From: Edaphobacter aggregans
GTDB lineage: Bacteria; Acidobacteriota; Terriglobia; Terriglobales; Acidobacteriaceae
Assembly: GCF_003945235.1 (NCBI RefSeq)
Contig: NZ_RSDW01000001.1
Location: 1,380,001-1,412,000 of the forward strand
Direction: 5' to 3'
Length of the DNA: 32,000 nt
The notes under the pieces were generated by a model. The model saw only the letters and a list, made by a program, of their open reading frames with translations, was not told the DNA's origin and ran no database searches. The position numbers were made by a program, and so were the translations under genes. This document shows, piece after piece, positions 7,805 to 15,718 of the stretch (position 1 is the stretch's first letter; each line of letters begins with the position of its first letter).

Positions 7805-8052
7805 CCTGCACTGACTTTCTCAGCCAGCTTACCGACTACTTTGATGGCCAGATCAGCCCCGAGCTCCTCGAAGAAGTTCGCGCCCACACTGCTTCCTGCC
7901 ACCACTGCGAAGTCGTTCTCGATACCACCCGCAAGACTATCTCGGTCTATCGCGACCACGAGGTCTACGAGGTCTCGACCGAGTTCCGTGAACGCCTCCA
8001 CGCCGCCATCATGAAACGGTGCACCGAAAAGGGCAAACTAGGCTGTCGCTGA
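7801..8052 (+). CDS. Anti-sigma factor, zf-HC2 (ZAS) type, 83 aa, no transmembrane segment
   Basis: ATGA overlap with the sigma stop (7801-7804), with GGAGG 9-10 nt upstream. H29-x3-C33-x2-C36 motif (HTASCHHCE) plus C3. No hydrophobic stretch long enough for a TM helix. Confidence 0.8.
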   Translation: MTCTDFLSQLTDYFDGQISPELLEEVRAHTASCHHCEVVLDTTRKTISVYRDHEVYEVSTEFRERLHAAIMKRCTEKGKLGCR

Positions 8053-8254
8053 AGCATCTCGTCTTTTAAACCGCTCGAAATAAGCCATTTAAAGCTGAAG
8101 TAGCTCGTCATCTCGACCGAAGGTGGCGCGCTTTTCGCTGTCGTAATAGAAAGCCCCTCGCTTCGACGTCGCCGTTGCTTTTACTGCTTTGCCTTTACTG
8201 TTACGTCGCTAAGCGTCCGACGGCCATGGCATTATTCAGTCAGATGGTCCTCTC

Positions 8255-9820
8255 ATGACAGAAAACAAGCCGTCGCATGCAGAAGAATGCCTCTCTCGTT
8301 CAAGTCTCGTCATCTCATTCGCTGGAGCCCTGGCATTTCTCTACCTTCGAACTTTTCTGTTTCCCGCTACACCCTTTGTTGCGATAGGAGATCAGGTTCT
8401 GTTTTTCTCGCGTGCCACGCGTATTCTTCACGGCCAAAGTCTGTATCGCGACTTTTTTGAGATCGTTCCACCGGGCACTGACCTTCTTTACGCGGCAGCA
8501 TTCCGTATCTTCGGTATCCGCGCCTGGGTTATGCAGGCTTGGGCTATCGCTGTTGGGCTCGCCTTCTGTTGGGTCATTACCCAAATCGCCGGCAGGATAC
8601 TCCGCGGTCCGCTTATCCTGCTTCCGGCCTTTTTGTTTCTTGTCTTCGACTTCAGTAACGCCCTCAACCTGACGCATCACTGGTACAGCACTCTCGCCGC
8701 TTTGGCTGCGGTCAATGTTCTGATGGGCGGCGCAAGCCTCCGACGGATATTCGCAGCCAGCTTACTTTGCGGCGCAGCGACTCTCTTTACCCAGACCCAG
8801 GGTGGGCTGACCTTCGTCGCGCTAGTCATCTATCTGTTATGGCTCAAACGGTCGGAAGGCCAAGGTTCCAGTATCGTGACGCAGCTCGCAACTTTGGTTC
8901 TGCCATTCACCCTGATACTCTCCGGCGTCCTCGGGTACTACATCCACAAAGCAGGTTTCCGCTCCGTTTTCTTCGATCTGATCGTGTTCCCGCTCAGATT
9001 TCAGTCCTCCGGTGAGGTCAACTCGCCCCGAACCTATCTTCGTCAGCTTCCACTGGTACATTCGCCGACGGACATTCTTCGTCTGATCCCATTCCTGTTC
9101 ATCTATGCAACAGTTCCCTATATCTATTTCATAGGGCTTTACCAACTGTGGCGGAAGCGCGAAATGCTACCTACCGTACTTCGGCAGCGCCTCGTTCTCC
9201 TTCATCTAGTCGGTCTCGTCCTCGTCCTAGCTGTCGCTAGCGCTCCTAGACATTTTCGTCTCTCCACTGTCGCCCCGCCTGCCATCCTCATCTGCGTCTG
9301 GCTCGCTAGCGAGCAAAGTCCCGCACATAGAGCGGCGCGCAATTTGTTGTGGGTCCTGGCGGCTGTCTTTGCTCTATTGCTGCCATTCCATCGCCAGGCT
9401 CGTTGGCATGCCACCCTGAATCTGCCTATTGGCCAGACGGCTTTCAGCGACATCCTCGTGTTCCATGAGTTTGAATGGCTCGCTCAACGGACCCACCCTG
9501 CCGATCCTTTCTTCAATCAATCCGCTCTCTGCCTCTACCTCTCGTTGGACAATCGCACCGCATTGGAGTTCATTAACGATGATGACTTCACTAGGCCTGA
9601 GTGGGTAGAGGCCGCCGTGCAGTCGCTCCGACGCGACCCGCCACACTTCATTGTGTTGCAGCCGGAGAGCACGAATACTTCAGACGCTCACAATCACACA
9701 GCGCCCATCCGCCGGTATGTCAATGACAACTACCGGTTGGTCCAAATCTTCTATTTGAACGGTAGCTCTCAATACCAAGAAGAGCTCTGGGAGCTTAAGA
9801 CAAATTCCAACAACCCTTAG
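8255..9820 (+). CDS. Polytopic membrane protein, possibly a GT-C-fold (ArnT/PMT-like) glycosyltransferase, with a C-terminal soluble domain
   Basis: About 11-12 hydrophobic segments lie between aa 17 and 378. The first loop (GDQVLFFSRATRILHGQSLYRDF) resembles the Asp-containing first loop of GT39/GT83-type enzymes. The last ~140 aa are hydrophilic. Coding is confident; the function is tentative. Confidence 0.6.
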   Translation: MTENKPSHAEECLSRSSLVISFAGALAFLYLRTFLFPATPFVAIGDQVLFFSRATRILHGQSLYRDFFEIVPPGTDLLYAAAFRIFGIRAWVMQAWAIAVGLAFCWVITQIAGRILRGPLILLPAFLFLVFDFSNALNLTHHWYSTLAALAAVNVLMGGASLRRIFAASLLCGAATLFTQTQGGLTFVALVIYLLWLKRSEGQGSSIVTQLATLVLPFTLILSGVLGYYIHKAGFRSVFFDLIVFPLRFQSSGEVNSPRTYLRQLPLVHSPTDILRLIPFLFIYATVPYIYFIGLYQLWRKREMLPTVLRQRLVLLHLVGLVLVLAVASAPRHFRLSTVAPPAILICVWLASEQSPAHRAARNLLWVLAAVFALLLPFHRQARWHATLNLPIGQTAFSDILVFHEFEWLAQRTHPADPFFNQSALCLYLSLDNRTALEFINDDDFTRPEWVEAAVQSLRRDPPHFIVLQPESTNTSDAHNHTAPIRRYVNDNYRLVQIFYLNGSSQYQEELWELKTNSNNP

Positions 9821-9949
9821 GATATGACCGACTAACATATTTGCAAACAGACTTTACAAGTAAAGTATTTATAATGAATAGGTTAAACTGCAAAATCAAG
9901 TCGTATCATTTATTTTCAAATACATTGCAAAGAAACATAGAACGCCAGA

Positions 9950-10321
9950 TTAAATTCGCCCAGACGAACGCAACGCCGCAATCTCCTCATCGGTAAAGAC
10001 ACGCGACCGAATCAAAAACCGTACACCCTCGGGTCCTTCGAGCGAGAACATCCCTCCCCGCCCTGGGACCACATCGAGGATCAGTTGCGTGTGCTTCCAG
10101 TACTCAAACTGACTCTTGCTCATATAGAAGGGGGTTCCGTCGAGGGTAGCCAGCAGCACGTCGCTGTCGCCAACAAGAAACTCACCCCGCGGGTAGCACA
10201 TGGGCGAGCTACCGTCGCAGCAACCGCCCGACTGATGAAACATCAGTTCCCCATGCTTGGCCCGCAGGCTCATCATAAGTTCGACCGCCGCAGGCGTACT
10301 GACGACCTGTTCAGGAACCAT
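9950..10321 (-). CDS. DUF779 domain protein
   Basis: 123 aa with the characteristic FHQSGGCCDGSSPMCYP motif. It starts 7 nt after the aldehyde dehydrogenase stop, which is the usual genomic partner of this family. Confidence 0.85.
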   Translation of the reverse strand: MVPEQVVSTPAAVELMMSLRAKHGELMFHQSGGCCDGSSPMCYPRGEFLVGDSDVLLATLDGTPFYMSKSQFEYWKHTQLILDVVPGRGGMFSLEGPEGVRFLIRSRVFTDEEIAALRSSGRI

Positions 10322-10328
10322 TGGCTTC

Positions 10329-11858
10329 CTAGAAGAACCCCATGGCGTTAGGGCTGTAGCTGACGAGCATATTCTTCGTTTGCTGGTAGTGATCGAGGAT
10401 CATCTTATGGTTCTCGCGCCCGATACCGGACTGTTTGTATCCGCCAAACGCCGCATGCGCCGGATACAGATGGTAGCAGTTGGTCCACACCCGGCCAGCC
10501 TGAATCTCGCGGCCAAAGTGGTAGGCACGGTTCATATCCCGCGTCCACACTCCGGCACCAAGACCATAGAGCGTATCGTTGGCCAGGGAAAGTGCCTCGT
10601 CGTCATCGTGGAAGGTCGTCACCGAGACAACTGGCCCGAAAATCTCTTCCTGGAAGATACGCATCTTATTGTGGCCTTTGAACACAGTGGGTTCAATATA
10701 GAAGCCCTCCGCCAGATCGCCGGTCTGGGTGGCACGCTTGCCGCCGGTGAGAACCTCCGCACCCTCCTGCCTGCCGATGTCGAAGTAGGAAAGAATTTTT
10801 TCCATCTGCTCGCTCGACGCCTGCGCACCGATCATCGTGGTCTTGTCGAGAGGATTGTCCTGCTTGATCGCTTTCACGCGCTTCAGGGCACGCTCCATGA
10901 ACTGATCGTAGAGCGTGTCCTGAATCAGTGCGCGTGACGGGCAAGTACATACCTCGCCCTGATTCAGTGCGAACATGGTGAAACCTTCCAGCGCCTTGTC
11001 AAAGAAAGCATCATCGGCGCTGGCCACATCCTTGAAGAAGATGTTCGGCGACTTGCCGCCCAGTTCGAGCGTCACTGGAATAATGTTCTGCGAGGCATAT
11101 TGCATGACGAGACGGCCGGTAGTCGTCTCGCCGGTAAAAGCGATCTTGTTAATGCGCGGGCTTGATGCCAGCGGCTTCCCTGCCTCGAGCCCAAAGCCGT
11201 TGACGATGTTCAACACACCCGGCGGCAGCACGTCCTGAATCAGTTCCATCAGTACGAGGATGGACATAGGCGTCTGCTCAGCAGGCTTGAGGACGACGGT
11301 GTTGCCTGCAGCCAGCGCTGGCGCGAGCTTCCACGTCGCCATAAGAATAGGAAAGTTCCACGGGATGATGAGACCGACAACGCCCAGCGGCTCATGGTAG
11401 TGATAAGCAATCGTGCTGGAATCAATCTCGCAGATCGATCCTTCCTGCGCGCGGATGACGCCGGCAAAATATCGAAAGTGATCGACGGCCAACGGCAGAT
11501 CGGCAGCAAGCGTCTCGCGGATGGGCTTGCCGTTGTCCCATGTCTCCACAGTTGCAAGCATCTCGAGATTGTCATCGATGATCTGTGCAATCTTCTCGAG
11601 CATCTTTCCACGCTCGGTCGTGGAGGTCTTTCCCCACGAGGCCTTGGCCGCATGCGCCGCATCGAGCGCTCGGTCAATATCCGCAGCGTTTGACCGCGGA
11701 ATTTCGCAGATCGTCTGGCCAGTGATAGGCGTAACGTTCTCAAAGTACGCGCCTGAGATCGGAGCTACCCACTCACCACCAATGTAGTTGCCGTACTTCG
11801 AACGGATGGATACCGGAAATCCATACATCCCAGGTTGAAGCGCCGTCATCGTTGCCAT
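10329..11858 (-). CDS. NAD(P)+-dependent aldehyde dehydrogenase (about 506-aa acetaldehyde dehydrogenase type)
   Basis: Catalytic Glu motif [12 protein letters not shown], catalytic Cys motif [14 protein letters not shown], and the Rossmann-region motif GFGLEAG. GAGGGAG SD upstream. Confidence 0.95.
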   Translation of the reverse strand: MATMTALQPGMYGFPVSIRSKYGNYIGGEWVAPISGAYFENVTPITGQTICEIPRSNAADIDRALDAAHAAKASWGKTSTTERGKMLEKIAQIIDDNLEMLATVETWDNGKPIRETLAADLPLAVDHFRYFAGVIRAQEGSICEIDSSTIAYHYHEPLGVVGLIIPWNFPILMATWKLAPALAAGNTVVLKPAEQTPMSILVLMELIQDVLPPGVLNIVNGFGLEAGKPLASSPRINKIAFTGETTTGRLVMQYASQNIIPVTLELGGKSPNIFFKDVASADDAFFDKALEGFTMFALNQGEVCTCPSRALIQDTLYDQFMERALKRVKAIKQDNPLDKTTMIGAQASSEQMEKILSYFDIGRQEGAEVLTGGKRATQTGDLAEGFYIEPTVFKGHNKMRIFQEEIFGPVVSVTTFHDDDEALSLANDTLYGLGAGVWTRDMNRAYHFGREIQAGRVWTNCYHLYPAHAAFGGYKQSGIGRENHKMILDHYQQTKNMLVSYSPNAMGFF

Positions 11859-11967
11859 AAGGTCTGCTCCCTCATCCTCGGTTCATCTACGACGGCGAGA
11901 TTGTAGTCCAGAGTTGCGACAGCTGTCACAGTAGCCCGGACAAATCGGCGTATAAGATTCTTTCGAC

Positions 11968-13320
11968 TCAACTTAGCAACATTCGGAAGTAGTCATTCAA
12001 GAGACGGCCATTAGGGTCGTATTCCTTGCGAGCATTCTTCATCTGGGTCAACCGGTCACCATAGGCCTTCTGCACAATAGCTGGAGTGAGCCCGAACGTC
12101 TGATTCATCAGAGGCACACCATTTCGATCGCTGCAGAACTGGTTGTAGACGGCGAGAAACTCTTCCCATCCCGGGTTAGCTGTCGAGACCGGATCGATCG
12201 TCATCACGTCGTCGTCATAGGAGTAGGAGAGAAGTGCCTGCTGGTCCTTGAGTATCCAGTAGCCGACGTACAGCAGATTCGATCTATACCCGGTCTTCGC
12301 GTAATAGTCCTTCACAAACTTGAAGAAGTCCGTAATCGCTGCGGGATACTGCTCCACGGGGAAAGCGAAGAGGCTAAAAGTGTAGCGGCTGTCGTCCGAG
12401 ACGGGTGGATAGTGGATGATCTGGTCGCCCGGTATCGTGTAGTCGCCGCGAACCATGTTCTCTAGTTTGAATCGCCACAACGCATTAAAGGTGTCGATGA
12501 TGCCATATCGAATATGTGGATCTGAAACGTTCTGCGTCACATCGTGCCCGAACTTAGGCCCAGCCGAGCCCCAGAAGTAGTTACGGAGCCCCCACGCAAT
12601 GTGATTGGGCTCGCCCGTCGCTCCTGGGTTGTATCGACGAAATTCGATGGTGATTTTGTTGTCGAAGGGAAAGATGTAATAGAACATTGAATCGCCGCGA
12701 GCCTTGAGGGCCGGCAGCTGCGCTACGAAGTCTTCGAGAGTAAACGTCTCGTGATGAACAGCCATCGGCAACAGCGGGCGAATTCTGTACGTGACTTCGT
12801 ATACGATGCCGAAGGTGCCGTAGCAGCAACGAACCATCTTCATCAGATCAGGCTGCTGGTCTTCGGTGACTTCGAGCAGGTCTCCGTTGGGCAGCACTAT
12901 TTTGACGCCGGTGATGTACGATCCAACCTGACCAAACTCGCCCGGCATCGAGGCGTCCTTCGTACCAGCGCATGCAGCGCTGCCTGAGGTGAGGCTGCCT
13001 ATCTCGGTGTTCACATAGAACTGCAGATTCTTTGCTTCGAGTGCTTTGGCGAGATCGATGTGGATTGCTCCGGCCTCTACCGTAAGCGTGTCTGCTCCAA
13101 TGTTCAGGATGCGGTTCATCTTCATCCTGATGAGCGTTCCACCGTCGGCCGTACCGCAGGGCGACGTGGAGTGATTGGAGCCGACAGCCCGTACCGGAGA
13201 CGGATACTGAACGGGATCTTTGAGGACACGGACGATGTCGTCGACAGAGTTGGCATCGACGACTACCTGGGGATGAGACACAATGTTTCCGAACCAGTTC
13301 GTAACTGTGATCTCTGGCAC
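11968..13320 (-). CDS. FAD-binding oxidoreductase (FAD_binding_4 / PCMH type, sugar-lactone-oxidase-like)
   Basis: The N-terminus (NWFGNIVSHPQVVVDANSVDDIVRVLK ... VRAVGSNHSTSP ... TLTVEAGAIHIDLAKAL) is typical of the vanillyl-alcohol/gulonolactone oxidase FAD domain. GTG start with GAGGT 7 nt upstream. Confidence 0.8.
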   Translation of the reverse strand: MPEITVTNWFGNIVSHPQVVVDANSVDDIVRVLKDPVQYPSPVRAVGSNHSTSPCGTADGGTLIRMKMNRILNIGADTLTVEAGAIHIDLAKALEAKNLQFYVNTEIGSLTSGSAACAGTKDASMPGEFGQVGSYITGVKIVLPNGDLLEVTEDQQPDLMKMVRCCYGTFGIVYEVTYRIRPLLPMAVHHETFTLEDFVAQLPALKARGDSMFYYIFPFDNKITIEFRRYNPGATGEPNHIAWGLRNYFWGSAGPKFGHDVTQNVSDPHIRYGIIDTFNALWRFKLENMVRGDYTIPGDQIIHYPPVSDDSRYTFSLFAFPVEQYPAAITDFFKFVKDYYAKTGYRSNLLYVGYWILKDQQALLSYSYDDDVMTIDPVSTANPGWEEFLAVYNQFCSDRNGVPLMNQTFGLTPAIVQKAYGDRLTQMKNARKEYDPNGRLLNDYFRMLLS

Positions 13321-13413
13321 GAGGTCTACCTCGCTTGAATTGGAATGAATCGGCGGGCCCAGAAGCTGTCCGGGAATTGTACTCGATCATCGAAGTCACT
13401 AGTTTGTGCATCG

Positions 13414-14829
13414 CTACTCTGTACTGCTTTCGCTGAGGTCGGCTTCGATCGTGCCATCGTTTATAGCCTCCAATAGGGCTGCGTGGTCTTTTACTGTCTG
13501 ATCGCCATAGCTTTCGGCCCATCGAGCCAATGCCTCGCGCAAAACTGCAGAGGTACCGCAATAACCAGCGATTCTGGCTGCGTCGCCACAGCGAGCATGA
13601 GCGCGGGCAAGGAGGGCCCCGCAGGCTAGCGCGTAGAAGTTGAAAGCCGCGCCAGAGAGCCACTCGACTGGAATCGACGCCTTGAGGTTCTTCATCTGCC
13701 GCACGAAAAAGTCGCGGCCGTCGATCTCGGTGTAACCCAGCATCACGTCTGAGGAGGCCTGCAGCGCCCGCTGTCCGAAGACGACTCGTTTTCCATTGTG
13801 GCGGAATTCCTCCGGAACGTCGGGCAGGTAGGGAGCGTGCGCTGGCTCGGTGGCCTCCTTCACCTGTAGAAAGAGTGGATCGTCATCGCTGTTGCCGAAT
13901 AACAACACGAGATATGCCCGGGTTCCTACTGATCCCACGCCGACAACGCGATGACATACGTCTGCGACGTGATAACGGGACAACATAAAACGGCGTTCCC
14001 GCAGCATTGTCATTGCCGCAAGATTTAGGCCATTTATGACCGATTCCTGTACCTTGCTGCTGACTCTCGTCAGGATTGGAGGATCTTCGCGGAAGCGCCA
14101 GGCACCATCGGTCTGTTTTGAGGTGATTTTGGCGAGTAAGGCACGATTGTCGCTTCGCCTTGCTTTGGCTATGCACTTGGTGATGACCGCTTCCGCCTTC
14201 GGATCGATATTTCTAACGATCGGATTCGAACGCCCAGGATAGGCGTGAAGATACCATGTGTCCAAAACGCCCATGCTTTCGAGCCTCGTAGCATTCGTCT
14301 GATAACCCGAGACGCAACTCATTACTGCTTCATGCCGATCCTTGCGGTTCATTCCATTTTCACGAGCTGCAACATTGACGCTGGCCACCAACCGTTTCAG
14401 GTCCCACTCCCAAGGGCCTTTGGTCGTTTCATCGAAATCGTTCAGATCAAAGATGATCTCTCGCTGGGGTGTACCGTAGAGCCCAAAGTTGTTGAGGTGC
14501 GCATCGCCATCAATAATGACGTCGATCCCTGTATTCGGACCAACTGCCAGATCGCCGGCCATAACGCAAGCCGCTCCGCGGAGGAAAGCAAATGGCGAAG
14601 AGGCCATGCGACCCATGCGAAGAGGAATAAACTGAGATTGTCTTCCCTTGTTACTTGCAATCAAGGTTTTTACTGGATCGCGTCGATTGGCTGGCGGTTC
14701 CCATTCGGCGAAGGACTCTCTTGGCACCTGTGAGCGCAGGGCTCTGCCCTCGGCGTGGCGATCCGGCCAGGGCGTTTCCGATTTCCGCAGGTCGAATTCC
14801 GTGGTGTTCATTGATTTTTTTGTTGCCAT
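13414..14829 (-). CDS. DUF2252 domain protein
   Basis: Contains GDAHLNNFG and FDLNDFDET motifs, which I associate with DUF2252. The start is trimmed from 14874 to ATG 14829, which has GGAGAGG about 9 nt upstream. Confidence 0.75.
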   Translation of the reverse strand: MATKKSMNTTEFDLRKSETPWPDRHAEGRALRSQVPRESFAEWEPPANRRDPVKTLIASNKGRQSQFIPLRMGRMASSPFAFLRGAACVMAGDLAVGPNTGIDVIIDGDAHLNNFGLYGTPQREIIFDLNDFDETTKGPWEWDLKRLVASVNVAARENGMNRKDRHEAVMSCVSGYQTNATRLESMGVLDTWYLHAYPGRSNPIVRNIDPKAEAVITKCIAKARRSDNRALLAKITSKQTDGAWRFREDPPILTRVSSKVQESVINGLNLAAMTMLRERRFMLSRYHVADVCHRVVGVGSVGTRAYLVLLFGNSDDDPLFLQVKEATEPAHAPYLPDVPEEFRHNGKRVVFGQRALQASSDVMLGYTEIDGRDFFVRQMKNLKASIPVEWLSGAAFNFYALACGALLARAHARCGDAARIAGYCGTSAVLREALARWAESYGDQTVKDHAALLEAINDGTIEADLSESSTE

Positions 14830-15081
14830 GGCACGACACCTCTCCAAAAGTTGCCAACCCGAACCCGGCAGCACTTTGCGCGCTTAGCCCCACAACCTTG
14901 GCGCAATACCAACATAATGAACATCAAACCGTACATTACTGATAGGGGGTACTGTCAAATTATGCTGGTCAGGCTGGGCTCCTTGACTTCATCCCGCTCC
15001 AATCATGTGGATTGAGTTGCTTACTTGAGCCAGCCTTCGATGCAACAAATCAATATAGATTTTGAGAGGAGTTTGTGAAGC

Positions 15082-15493
15082 ATGAGCAGCGAATCTCAAC
15101 CGGATACACGGATTCCTCTGGCTATAGAGCGCACGGACATGGCTATATTTCGCACGAGCCTCGCACTCGACCGTACAACGCTGGCATGGATTCGAACCAC
15201 ACTCACGATGGCCACGTTCGGCCTCGGGACGATTGGATTCTTTCGTACAATACGGGAACACGCCGAAACTCCGGAGACCATTCGACTTCATCAGAGTGCA
15301 ATTCACTTTGGCGTTGCATTGGTCGTTATTGGAATCGTCTCCACCTGTTTGGCAGCGATATCGCATATGTCGAGAGTACGGGAGCTCCCGCGGCGAAATT
15401 CCACCTCCCCCGCTGTTGCCGTTGAGCGTCACGATCTCCGTTCTAATCTCACTGATGGCTCTCTTTGAGTTGTGGAGCCTCTTTCGCCGCTGA
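15082..15493 (+). pseudogene. DUF202 (YidH-like) small membrane protein, apparently frameshifted between TM2 and TM3
   Basis: Frame 1 (15082..15468) carries the DUF202 signature IERTDMAIFRTSLALDRTTLAWIRTTLTMATFG and TM2, then ends in a hydrophilic tail. The expected third TM (PPPPLLPLSVTISVLISLMALFELWSLFRR) is encoded in the +1 frame, ending at 15493. The shift must lie in 15373-15412, which contains a C5 run at 15407-15411. Confidence 0.6.
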
Positions 15494-15718
15494 AGACGCC
15501 TCTTCATCGACCGCACTTCGGCAACCATAGCGGAGTGAACTGCATCTATTTCGGCTATCTATTGCTCTGTCAGTGGAACGGTAGCGGTATTTGCTGATTT
15601 TGTAGGATTCTCTCTCTTCGGGCTCCGCTTCACAACACAAGACCTAAAAGTCGCCCGCGTCGAGTTCGATCGACGTCGGGCAAGGTATACGGGCGGGTTT
15701 TCGCAAGGCAGGTAATGG

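Noticed and set aside
9842-9931. TATAAT at 9870-9875 and three TGCAAA hexamers as a promoter or repeat array
   Set aside because: No -35 element lies at a usable spacing. The hexamer spacing is irregular (47 and 37 bp), and such matches are expected by chance in 29% GC sequence.
10257-10937. 226-aa plus-strand ORF opposite the DUF779/ALDH genes
   Set aside because: It is an antisense shadow ORF. The ALDH catalytic motifs fix the minus-strand frame.
12848-13663. 271-aa minus-strand ORF bridging the FAD oxidase and DUF2252 genes in an alternative frame
   Set aside because: Its composition is extremely Arg/Ser/Pro-rich. It overlaps two genes with clear family motifs in other frames.
14989-15528. 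179-aa minus-strand ORF opposite the DUF202 gene
   Set aside because: The plus strand carries the DUF202 signature. The minus ORF is Arg/Cys/Asn-rich with no motifs.
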